Made by a program: the position numbers and the translations under genes | DNA from: an uncultured Micavibrio sp. | Lineage (GTDB): Bacteria; Pseudomonadota; Alphaproteobacteria; Micavibrionales; Micavibrionaceae | Assembly (NCBI GenBank): GCA_964351955.1 | Contig: CAYGQG010000002.1 | Span: 1 to 45,517 of the forward strand | DNA length: 45,517 nt | Direction: 5' to 3' | In this document: positions 18,757 to 27,320 of the stretch, piece by piece | How the letters are laid out: every line of letters starts with the position of its first letter | Position numbering within the stretch: position 1 is the first letter of the stretch | Notes under the pieces: model-generated | Told to the model about the DNA's origin: nothing | Database searches by the model: none | The model's input: only the letters and a program-made list of their open reading frames with translations

Positions 18757-19617
18757 ATGAAACAGCCAACGATATCTTTTGAATTTTTCCCGCCAAAAAC
18801 CGAGAAAGCCGCCGAAGTTCTATGGCAGGCCGTGCCCCAACTCGCAGAGCTAGGGCCGAAATACATGACCTGCACCTATGGCGCAGGCGGAACTACGCGT
18901 GACGGCACGGTCGATACGTTGAAGAAAATGATGGAATTCGACATTCCTCTGGCCGCACATCTGACCTTTATCAATTCCCGTAAAGACGAGCTGAAAGCCT
19001 ATACGGACGGGCTGTGGGATATGGGTATTCGCCATATTATCGCCCTGCGCGGGGATATGCCGCCGGATGCCGATGTTAGCTGGCCACTGGATCAAGACGA
19101 CAATTATTTCCAGTATACGAGCGATTTCGTTGAAGGGTTAAAAGGCTGGCATGATTTCGAGATTTCTGTCGGTTGCTATCCCGAAAAACATCCCGATGCA
19201 GAGTCGATGGATGCCGATATCCAAGCGTTGAAATTGAAGTGTGATGCCGGTGCTGATCGCGCTATTACTCAATTTTTTTTCGATAACAATGTTTACTTTG
19301 AATTCATCGAAGCGTGTGACAAAGCGGGTATAAAGACCCCTATCAGCCCGGGTTTGCTGCCGATTCATGATTTCAAGGGCGTATGCGGATTTGCCAAAAG
19401 ATGTCAGGCCAGCGTGCCGGACTGGCTGATGGAAAAATTTGACGGGCTGGAAGACAAGCCGGAAGAAGCGCAAAAAATCGCAACCGATCTTTTAATCCTG
19501 CAAGCCGAAGACCTTGCTGCGAAAGGTGTTTCTCACTTACACTTCTACTCCATGAATAAAGCGAGCATCACAACAGAGGTTTGTGAAGCACTCGGGCATA
19601 AAGCGGAGGCCGCATGA
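18757..19617 (+). CDS. metF: methylenetetrahydrofolate reductase
   Basis: 286 aa. ISFEFFPPKT, TCTYGAGG and ALRGD. Confidence 0.9.
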   Translation: MKQPTISFEFFPPKTEKAAEVLWQAVPQLAELGPKYMTCTYGAGGTTRDGTVDTLKKMMEFDIPLAAHLTFINSRKDELKAYTDGLWDMGIRHIIALRGDMPPDADVSWPLDQDDNYFQYTSDFVEGLKGWHDFEISVGCYPEKHPDAESMDADIQALKLKCDAGADRAITQFFFDNNVYFEFIEACDKAGIKTPISPGLLPIHDFKGVCGFAKRCQASVPDWLMEKFDGLEDKPEEAQKIATDLLILQAEDLAAKGVSHLHFYSMNKASITTEVCEALGHKAEAA

Positions 19618-20006
19618 GATTATTTCTGACAGTTTTAATAACGCTTATAGCCGTGCCGGCAATGGCGCAAAACACACAGCCAATATCGGTCAGCCTTGCT
19701 GAATGCTCGGTCATTTTTAAGGTGCTTCGCACAACGGCAGCGCAAAAGGGCAAGTCTCAGGAACAGCTGGATAAATTAAGAAGAGGTTCGGAAACCTTTT
19801 TAAATGCAGCCAGAGCAGAAGCCGAAAAAGAGCAAAAACCTGAAGGCTTTGTCGATGACGAATTGCCCCGTTTAACCACCAAATGGGATGAGCGCTGGCT
19901 TTCAGCTTCGAACACCACATTGATCGCCAATATGTCCGAAAATATGGACTGGGTTCAATATTGCGGGAAACTCGGCAAATACAAAGGAATATTGCCGATT
20001 AAATAA
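19614..20006 (+). CDS. secreted hypothetical protein (130 aa)
   Basis: Signal peptide MRLFLTVLITLIAVPAMA-Q. Its ATG overlaps the metF TGA (ATGA). Confidence 0.55.
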   Translation: MRLFLTVLITLIAVPAMAQNTQPISVSLAECSVIFKVLRTTAAQKGKSQEQLDKLRRGSETFLNAARAEAEKEQKPEGFVDDELPRLTTKWDERWLSASNTTLIANMSENMDWVQYCGKLGKYKGILPIK

Positions 20007-20074
20007 TTTCCTTGCCATAATCATTCAAAATTTGCTATCTCCTTTAACCCAAGAGAACAGGGTTAGAGTAATTA

Positions 20075-21112
20075 ATGCGTACACATATTCCCAGAATACT
20101 GGTCGTCGGAGCGATCACGGTAGATGATAACCGCTTCGTACCCGGAGGTGTGAAAACGGATGGAAAAGTTACAGCAGAGACATCTGAAATCCGCCTTGGC
20201 GGCGGTGCAGGCAATTGCGTACAAGCGCTGCACAAGCTCGACGAAGCCTTCGGCACACATTCTTATATCAAACTGATTACCCGACTTGGTCGACCGCCTG
20301 CAGATAATTTGCGCGCCCGATTGGCCCATATGGCTGCTACTGAAATCCTATCTGATAGTGAAATCGAGTACGTTGACGCTACGCGCGGAGAAAGTGTGAT
20401 TGCATTTAACAGTGTAGCCGAGCATTCACGCGGACGTAGTATCGTGAAAGACAAAGTCGATAACCCCAATGATATGGCCTTCGGGATCGAAGAAACAATT
20501 GATAACGAAGTTCGCGGTGCCGATGTTATTTTTGTTGACCCCATGAAGCCGCGTATCGGTGTGATGGCGTGCCGTGCCGCCAATAAATACAACAAGCCAC
20601 TGGTTATTGACTGGGGGCAAAGTGAATGGCCAAAAGACCCGATATTGGCCGGAACAGTTGATGAAATGCTCGGTCGCGCAGATATTTTGATGGTGCCCAG
20701 CGATGCGGTGGTTCGCGGTATGAATGATAACGAAGTCAATCCCGAAGCACTGCTGCTTACCCTTAAAAATGAATATATGACACCGCATATATTGCTGTCG
20801 GACGGTGGTAAGCCTGTGCAGGTTTACTTGCAAGATGATTATTACGAGATTCCCGTTGAACCATGGGATGGTGATAAATATGCGCTCGCCGCAGGTGATA
20901 CACGTAACGCAGGCTTTTTACATGCCTTGGCACGTGGGCACGACATTCTGGGTGCGGCCAAAATGGGTACTGCGGTTGCCTCGGTTAAAATCCGTTATCC
21001 GGGGTTAACCTGGCGCGATCATATACGGGACGATTTAAAGAATGATCCGATGTTTACGACAGCCGCCAATGATGAAGATGCCGGCGACGATTTCAACATG
21101 CGCTGCGGATAA
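20075..21112 (+). CDS. PfkB/ribokinase-family carbohydrate or nucleoside kinase
   Basis: 345 aa. The N-terminus ILVVGAITVDD, GGGAGNC, and a C-terminal AAGDTRNAGFLHAL anion-hole-like motif. Confidence 0.7.
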   Translation: MRTHIPRILVVGAITVDDNRFVPGGVKTDGKVTAETSEIRLGGGAGNCVQALHKLDEAFGTHSYIKLITRLGRPPADNLRARLAHMAATEILSDSEIEYVDATRGESVIAFNSVAEHSRGRSIVKDKVDNPNDMAFGIEETIDNEVRGADVIFVDPMKPRIGVMACRAANKYNKPLVIDWGQSEWPKDPILAGTVDEMLGRADILMVPSDAVVRGMNDNEVNPEALLLTLKNEYMTPHILLSDGGKPVQVYLQDDYYEIPVEPWDGDKYALAAGDTRNAGFLHALARGHDILGAAKMGTAVASVKIRYPGLTWRDHIRDDLKNDPMFTTAANDEDAGDDFNMRCG

Positions 21113-21132
21113 ATTATGCATTATGTAGGGTG

Positions 21133-21163
21133 TTGACATTGCCCTGAAACCATGGCTTTTTAT
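21133..21163 (+). promoter_or_regulatory. possible sigma70-type promoter for the metE leader
   Basis: TTGACA at 21133-21138, with only a weak -10 candidate (TTTTAT, 21158-21163, 19-nt spacer). The implied start site sits just before the riboswitch-like element. Confidence 0.25.
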
Positions 21164-21169
21164 GGGCCA

Positions 21170-21220
21170 TTCGCGGGATTTGAAAAAAGCAGCTTGCACC
21201 GCGTTAACAAAGCTAAAGCG
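21170..21220 (+). promoter_or_regulatory. SAM-II-type (SAM_alpha clan) riboswitch candidate in the metE leader
   Basis: CGCGG (21172-21176) pairs with CCGCG (21199-21203). Loop AGCUU (21191-21195) can pair with the 3' tail AAGCU (21210-21214), giving an H-type pseudoknot. The GAUUU.. run after P1 and ACAAAGCUAAAG at the 3' end resemble the SAM-II consensus as I remember it. It lies upstream of a methionine synthase gene. Confidence 0.6.
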
Positions 21221-21324
21221 CCGAGATGGATCACGGATTACATACCCCCCCATAAAGGTGCTTTTATTTAACAAACGCTGTCTCTATAGTGAGGGCGTTT
21301 ATAAACTTGAAAAGGATTACAGTC

Positions 21325-23661
21325 ATGGTATTGGCAACGAATTTAGGGTTTCCACGTATCGGCCCAATGCGCGAATTGAAAAAAGCGGTTGAGGCATACT
21401 GGAAGGGTAAAAGCAGCAAGGAAGAATTGCTCGATGTTGGTAAGGAATTGCGCGCACAGAACTGGAAGCGTCAAAAAGACGCCGGTCTGGATGTTATTCC
21501 ATCTAACGACTTCGCGTATTACGACCAAATCCTCGACCTAACGACTACACTGGGTCTTATCCCATCCCGCTACAAGCATGACGGCGGCAAGATCGACCTT
21601 GATACATATTTCGCGATGGCACGCGGCGCGCAAAAAGACGGCGTTGATGTGACAGCGATGGAAATGACAAAGTGGTACGACACAAACTATCACTACATTG
21701 TTCCTGAATTCGAAGAAGGCATGACACCGAAACTGTCTTCTACAAAAATCTTTGATGAATACGAAGAAGCCAAAGCACAAGGCATCGAGACACGCCCTGT
21801 GATTGTTGGTCCTGCGACATACACATTCCTCGGTAAGCCACAATATGACAGCTTCAAGCATGTTGAGTTTGTCAAAACATTGATCCCTGCTTACAACGAA
21901 ATCCTTAAAGGATTGGCCGAGCGCGGCGCGAAATGGGTTCAGATTGACGAGCCTGTATTCTCCCTCGATCTTTGTGAAATCGGTCAAGGCGTGATCAAGA
22001 CAGCATATGACGAATTGCAAACGCCGGAAGGTCTGCAGATTCTTGTCGCGACATATTTCGAGTCCTTAAAAGACAATGCAGAGTTGGCATTCAGCCTGCC
22101 TGTTGATGCACTTCATATCGACCTTTGCCGTGGTTCAGGTCGTGCGAACACAACAGCGAACAACCCGGAAAAAGACATCGAACAAGCTTTGTCACTGATT
22201 GGTGATGAGAAAATCCTGTCTCTGGGTGTTGTTGATGGTCGTAACATCTGGAAAAACGATCTTGCAGATTCTTTGGCAAAAATCGAAAAAGCTGTTGAAG
22301 CTCTGGGCACAGACCGTGTGTTCGTTGCCCCAAGTTGTTCCTTGCTTCACACACCGGTTGATCTAGATTCAGAAACACAACTGGATGATGAGTTGAAAGG
22401 CTGGATGGCCTACGCCACGCAAAAGCTGGACGAGATTGCCGCGATTGCTAAAGGCGTGAATAAAGGCCGTGAAAACATTGCCGCTGAACTCGCCGCCAGC
22501 GAGCAAGCACAGAATGCACGTGAAACGTCTACACGCATTCATGACCGTGCAGTTGAAGACCGCGTTGCGAATATCACCGAAGATATGAAAGAGCGTAAGT
22601 CAGATTTTGCAGCACGTCAGGCCGCACAGCATGCTGCGCTTGATATTCCGCTTTACCCGACAACAACAATCGGTTCATTCCCGCAGACGCAGGAAATCCG
22701 CAAAGCCCGTGCCGCCTTCAAAAAAGGCGAACTGGACGAAGCCGGATACAAAGCGGCGATGGAAAATGAAATCCGCGAAGTTGTTGCTTTCCAGCATGAA
22801 GCCGATATCGACGTGCTTGTGCACGGTGAGCCGGAGCGTAACGACATGGTGGAATATTTCGGCGAGCAGCTGAAAGGTTTTGCATTCTCCAAATTCGGTT
22901 GGGTTCAGTCATACGGTTCACGTTGCGTGAAACCACCTATTATCTTTGGTGATGTTTCCCGCCCGACAGCCATGACTGTTGAATGGTCCAAATACGCACA
23001 AAGCCAGACAGAAAAAATCATGAAGGGCATGCTGACAGGCCCGATCACGATCCTGCAATGGTCTTTCGTTCGTGACGATCAACCACGTAACGACACAGCC
23101 CGTCAGATTGCTTTGGCGATCCGCGACGAAGTGTCTGACTTGGAAGAAGCCGGTATCAAGATGATCCAGATTGATGAAGCGGCGTTCCGTGAAGGTCTGC
23201 CTCTGCGTCGTGATGACTGGAAAGAATATCTCGACAATGCGGTTGAGAACTTCCGCCTGACATCTTGCTGTGTTGAAGACGAGACACAAATCCATACTCA
23301 CATGTGCTACTCCGAGTTCAATGACGTTATTGACTCGATCGGTGCGATGGATGCGGATGTGATCTCTATCGAGACTTCACGCTCACAGATGGAATTGCTC
23401 GAAGCGTTTGTTGATTATAAATATCCGAACGAGATCGGTCCGGGCGTTTATGACATTCACTCCCCACGTGTTCCAAGCGTTGATGAGATGACTCAGCTTC
23501 TTGAAAAAGCCAAGAAGGTTCTGGACGAGCGTCAGATCTGGGTGAACCCGGATTGCGGTCTGAAAACACGTGGCTGGCCTGAAGTTAAGGAAGCACTGAA
23601 GAACATGGTGACTGCCGCTAAGCACATGCGCGAAGAGTCAAAAGCTGCGCAGGCTGCTTAG
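21325..23661 (+). CDS. metE: cobalamin-independent methionine synthase
   Basis: I placed the start at MVLATNLGFPRIGPMRELK (ATG 21325, with AAAAGGA 7 nt upstream). It also has HTHMCYSEF and WVNPDCGLKTR. The ORF-track GTG at 21289 adds 12 non-homologous residues. Confidence 0.95.
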   Translation: MVLATNLGFPRIGPMRELKKAVEAYWKGKSSKEELLDVGKELRAQNWKRQKDAGLDVIPSNDFAYYDQILDLTTTLGLIPSRYKHDGGKIDLDTYFAMARGAQKDGVDVTAMEMTKWYDTNYHYIVPEFEEGMTPKLSSTKIFDEYEEAKAQGIETRPVIVGPATYTFLGKPQYDSFKHVEFVKTLIPAYNEILKGLAERGAKWVQIDEPVFSLDLCEIGQGVIKTAYDELQTPEGLQILVATYFESLKDNAELAFSLPVDALHIDLCRGSGRANTTANNPEKDIEQALSLIGDEKILSLGVVDGRNIWKNDLADSLAKIEKAVEALGTDRVFVAPSCSLLHTPVDLDSETQLDDELKGWMAYATQKLDEIAAIAKGVNKGRENIAAELAASEQAQNARETSTRIHDRAVEDRVANITEDMKERKSDFAARQAAQHAALDIPLYPTTTIGSFPQTQEIRKARAAFKKGELDEAGYKAAMENEIREVVAFQHEADIDVLVHGEPERNDMVEYFGEQLKGFAFSKFGWVQSYGSRCVKPPIIFGDVSRPTAMTVEWSKYAQSQTEKIMKGMLTGPITILQWSFVRDDQPRNDTARQIALAIRDEVSDLEEAGIKMIQIDEAAFREGLPLRRDDWKEYLDNAVENFRLTSCCVEDETQIHTHMCYSEFNDVIDSIGAMDADVISIETSRSQMELLEAFVDYKYPNEIGPGVYDIHSPRVPSVDEMTQLLEKAKKVLDERQIWVNPDCGLKTRGWPEVKEALKNMVTAAKHMREESKAAQAA

Positions 23662-23686
23662 GGCTTAACAAGTCATATAGATTAAG

Positions 23687-23717
23687 AAAGCCCGTTCAAT
23701 GTAGCGGGCTTTTTTTG
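23687..23717 (+). terminator. rho-independent terminator of metE
   Basis: AAAGCCCG (23687-23694) pairs with CGGGCTTT (23705-23712) around a 10-nt loop, then seven T residues. Confidence 0.8.
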
Positions 23718-23851
23718 TTTATCTCGACCGAATTGTCGTATAAAAAATACTAGTAATTAGAGTGCGTTAGAGAATATACACCACTTAAATTTTACATAAT
23801 CTTATGTTTCAGGTATATTCTTGCTACGTTAATGAACAGGGGTAATGATAT

Positions 23852-24493
23852 ATGGCTATTACATTTGAAGACATGGAACAGCAAGCGCGGGAAATTCTGG
23901 ACCTTCCGGAAGGCAGTGACGCTGTTGAACAAAACCACGCCTTTATAAAAACACTTGTAGCAGCCGGTCAAGCGGAATACGAAACTCCACAAGCACGTAC
24001 CAATGCTCTTTTCCAAGCTTACAGAGCAGACGATGTTTTAACCTCTATCAATATTAATGCCCGAAGCGAGACTAAAAACGGAGTAACTGTGCTCGACCGT
24101 GTCGGATACACCCCTCAAGCTTCAAAATACGCAATGATGGCTAAAGCGGACCAAATGAGCCGCGCCGTTGCATCAGAACATGGCCAAGCCGTTCTTGAAG
24201 ATATCTCAAAGCAGATGGAGCAAATCGAAAGCCTTGAAAGCACTGCTGCTATGGGCCCGACAGCTTTTGAAAAAGTCGCTAATGCTCAAGGCGTTACCTT
24301 GCCAGATGGATTTTCCAACCTTCTCAAGCGCCACTCCAATCACGGTGAACAAACGGCGCGTTTATTGAAAGCCAGCTCACTTATTGAGGGTGTAAATACA
24401 CAGTTGCAGGGCTTGGTTCAAACCGGTGAGCAGCTTCTTCGTGCAGAAGACTGGCAAGCGCCCGGTGCGGATATGAGTGCCCATGTCGGCTAA
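23852..24493 (+). CDS. hypothetical protein (213 aa), Ala/Gln/Glu-rich, no TM or signal peptide
   Basis: Open frame with AGGGG 9 nt upstream of the ATG and an AT-rich 130-nt upstream region. No recognised motif. Confidence 0.55.
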   Translation: MAITFEDMEQQAREILDLPEGSDAVEQNHAFIKTLVAAGQAEYETPQARTNALFQAYRADDVLTSININARSETKNGVTVLDRVGYTPQASKYAMMAKADQMSRAVASEHGQAVLEDISKQMEQIESLESTAAMGPTAFEKVANAQGVTLPDGFSNLLKRHSNHGEQTARLLKASSLIEGVNTQLQGLVQTGEQLLRAEDWQAPGADMSAHVG

Positions 24494-24504
24494 GTTACGC
24501 TGAC

Positions 24505-25803
24505 TTAATCTTCCGAAATAGCTTCCGCTTTGCGCGTTAAAACCGCAGCAAAAAATCCATCCGTATTATGACGATGCGGCGTTAAGCGCATATAAGGTGT
24601 GCCGAGTTCTTCGGATGTCGGTACGATTTCGAATTCAGGATTGGCCTTCAAGAACGCAGCAATCTGCTCTTCATTTTCTTCCGGCAATAGCGAACATGTC
24701 GCATAAACCAATCGTCCACCCGGCTTTACCATTGGCGATGCTTTGGTCAGAATTTCAGCCTGAATACTGATTAATTCTTCGAGTTCAGGACCATAATTCG
24801 TCCAGCGCATATCGGGATTACGCCGCCATGTACCCGTACCGCTGCACGGTACATCGGTGAGTACGACATCAAATTTTTGCTTCTGGCGTTTGAGCCATTT
24901 ACGGCCCTTATCATCCAGCGGGCGGACCTCGATAATATCGGCAAGGCCTGATTTCTTGTAACGTTGTTTGCCTTTAAGCAGGCGCTTCTCATCATTATCC
25001 ATAGCCACAATGCGACCTTTGCGCTTCATCATCGCGGCAAGTGCCAGTGTTTTCCCGCCTGCGCCTGCGCAATAATCAAGAACTTGCGCACCGGGCTGCG
25101 CATCACAAAGATGAGCAATAAGCTGCGAGCCTTCGTCCTGAATAGAAACGTGACCCTTGGTCAGGGCTTTGGTTTTGGCGAGATACGCGCGTTCATTACA
25201 GCGCAGCCCCCATGGCGAATACGGTGTTTCGGTGGTTTCGACACCATCGTTTTTTAAAGATGCGGCGGCTTCTTCGCGGCCGAGCACAAAGATATTCGTG
25301 CGCAGATCCAGAGTAGCGGGTTCAAGAAGCGCAGACATTTCATCAGCATAATTTTTTCCGAAATAGGATTTCAGCGATGTCGCGTAAAATGGCGGTGATT
25401 CCAGCCTCACGTCCTCGGGCATGTCAGGGTGGTCAAATGAGCGCCCTTCGAGGTGTCCGAAACGTTTAAACTCTTTATCATCCAGAGCTTCCGGCGCGTA
25501 TTTGCTGCCGTCAAACAGGCTTTTAGCACGGGCGGCATCGACTTGCTCACCCAACGCGAGCCAGCAAATAATCCGTTCACGCGGCGTATCCTGCGCACCG
25601 ATCTTCTCGACCCACCATCCCAAACGTGCATGCGCACGGGTCATTTCATAAACACGCTCGGCGATTTCCTTGCGGTCCTTCGCGCCGATATAACGACGCT
25701 GGCGCATGTAATCGCCGATCACACTATCCATCGGGATGCGTGTGTGTTCTTTGATCCGAGTAAGAACGTCTATAGTTGCTTCTATGCGCGATGCGGGTTT
25801 CAT
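24505..25803 (-). CDS. rsmB: 16S rRNA m5C methyltransferase, RsmB/Sun (NOL1/NOP2) family
   Basis: 432 aa. DYCAGAGGKT, LTDVPCSGTGTWRRNPD and YATCSLLPEENE. Confidence 0.85.
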   Translation of the reverse strand: MKPASRIEATIDVLTRIKEHTRIPMDSVIGDYMRQRRYIGAKDRKEIAERVYEMTRAHARLGWWVEKIGAQDTPRERIICWLALGEQVDAARAKSLFDGSKYAPEALDDKEFKRFGHLEGRSFDHPDMPEDVRLESPPFYATSLKSYFGKNYADEMSALLEPATLDLRTNIFVLGREEAAASLKNDGVETTETPYSPWGLRCNERAYLAKTKALTKGHVSIQDEGSQLIAHLCDAQPGAQVLDYCAGAGGKTLALAAMMKRKGRIVAMDNDEKRLLKGKQRYKKSGLADIIEVRPLDDKGRKWLKRQKQKFDVVLTDVPCSGTGTWRRNPDMRWTNYGPELEELISIQAEILTKASPMVKPGGRLVYATCSLLPEENEEQIAAFLKANPEFEIVPTSEELGTPYMRLTPHRHNTDGFFAAVLTRKAEAISED

Positions 25804-26087
25804 GGTTTATCCTTAAATTCGCCGCGACACTATCAGAAGAAGCGGGTTAAAGCATAATAAAAAAGAAAAATAAGAGTTGGGGGTTAACGATAGAGATTTT
25901 TCTCCTATTTCATTAAGTATAAAGATTGTTGGAAAAAGAGACTTGTTATGAGCGAAGACATATTATTTGAAGATTGGACACGCGAAGCGGGTATGCAGCC
26001 CGGGATAATGCTGGAAGTCATTTCCCTGAATACAGGCACTTTAAACACCCTTCGCCACTAAATTTAATCTCAAAAAGGAGCCTCGTC

Positions 26088-27197
26088 ATGAGTGACTCGC
26101 TATTTACCCCTATTGATTTCGGAGATATCCGCGCCAAGAATAGAATTCTTATGGCACCGTTGACGCGTGGTCGCGCGGATGAAGACCGTACACCCAATGC
26201 GTTGATAGCAGAATATTACGCGCAACGTGCAGGGGCCGGTTTAATCATCACTGAAGCCACCGCGATAGACCCGATGGGCTATGGCTGGGTGCAGGCCCCC
26301 GCCCTTTATAACGACAAACAGGAAGAAGGCTGGAAGCTGGTTACCAAGGCCGTACACGACAAAGGCGGCAAGATCGTCTTGCAAATGTGGCATATGGGCC
26401 GCGTATCACATCCTGACTTCCTCGACGGGCAAAAACCTGTTGCGCCTTCCGCCATTCGGGCCGAAGGAGAAACCCATACAGCGGATGGCAAGAAGTCTTA
26501 CGTCGAGCCGCATGCCCTAAGCAAGGATGAGATCGAAGAATTGATCCAAGCCTATGCCGATAGTGCAAAACGTGCGCTACGCGCAGGTTTCGACGGTGTA
26601 GAAATTCATGCCGCGAACGGATATTTGCTGGATCAATTCCTGCGTGATGGTACGAACCAGCGTAATGATGAATATGGCGGTTCGGTCGATAATCGTACAC
26701 GTCTTGTGCTGGAGGTTGTTGATGCGGTTATTGAAGCGATCGGGGCGGGACTTACCGGTATTCGTATTTCACCTACCAATCCGTTTAATGACATTAGCGA
26801 CAGTGATCCGGTCAGTACATTCGTGCATCTGGCGAAAAAGCTGAATGCATACAAGCTGGCGTATCTGCATATTATGGAACCGATTGATGCGGAGCACGCA
26901 TTTGCGGGCAATAAAGCTACGCCGTATGTAACCCCCCATATCCGTAACGCGTATGAAGGGACAATCATCGCCAACGGCGCGTATGACAAAGAAACGGGCA
27001 ATGCCGCGATTGAAGATGGCAAAGCCGATGCCATTGCTTATGGTGTGCCGTTTTTGGCCAATCCCGACCTTGTCGAGCGTTTTCAGCAGGATGCCAAATT
27101 GAACACGCCTGATCAAAATACCTTCTACACCCACGAAGCCGAAGGGTATACCGACTACCCCACTCTGGGCGAAGCTAAAGAAGAACAAGCTGCTTAA
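26088..27197 (+). CDS. Old Yellow Enzyme family NADH:flavin oxidoreductase / alkene reductase (NemA-like)
   Basis: I placed the start at MSDSLFTPIDFGDIRAKNRILMAPLTRGRA (AAAAGGAG 7 nt upstream). It also has QMWHMGRVSH and EIHAANGYLLDQFL. Confidence 0.9.
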   Translation: MSDSLFTPIDFGDIRAKNRILMAPLTRGRADEDRTPNALIAEYYAQRAGAGLIITEATAIDPMGYGWVQAPALYNDKQEEGWKLVTKAVHDKGGKIVLQMWHMGRVSHPDFLDGQKPVAPSAIRAEGETHTADGKKSYVEPHALSKDEIEELIQAYADSAKRALRAGFDGVEIHAANGYLLDQFLRDGTNQRNDEYGGSVDNRTRLVLEVVDAVIEAIGAGLTGIRISPTNPFNDISDSDPVSTFVHLAKKLNAYKLAYLHIMEPIDAEHAFAGNKATPYVTPHIRNAYEGTIIANGAYDKETGNAAIEDGKADAIAYGVPFLANPDLVERFQQDAKLNTPDQNTFYTHEAEGYTDYPTLGEAKEEQAA

Positions 27198-27231
27198 CGC
27201 AGACCTTTACACGTTTTCTCTCCCCCCACTG

Positions 27232-27265
27232 CCCCTCCCGATGCCTAGGCTCAGGAGGGGTTTTT
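27232..27265 (+). terminator. rho-independent terminator after the OYE gene
   Basis: CCCCTCC (27232-27238) pairs with GGAGGGG (27254-27260), followed by TTTTT. Confidence 0.75.
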
Positions 27266-27320
27266 AACGATTTATTCACCCCGCGGCATTATCATTATGC
27301 AAATATAGGCGGAGTGTGTA

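Noticed and set aside
21240-21262. A weak AT hairpin (ATAAAG-gtg-CTTTTAT) after the uORF, considered as a possible riboswitch-controlled terminator.
   Set aside because: The stem is imperfect and entirely A/T with a 3-nt loop. It is too weak to call an intrinsic terminator.
25948-26061. A 37-aa uORF (MSEDILFEDWTREAGMQPGIMLEVISLNTGTLNTLRH) inside the 284-nt rsmB/OYE divergent spacer.
   Set aside because: It has only a weak AAGAG upstream and no recognisable motif. The length is compatible with a chance ORF at this GC content. I noted it because the OYE leader is unusually long.
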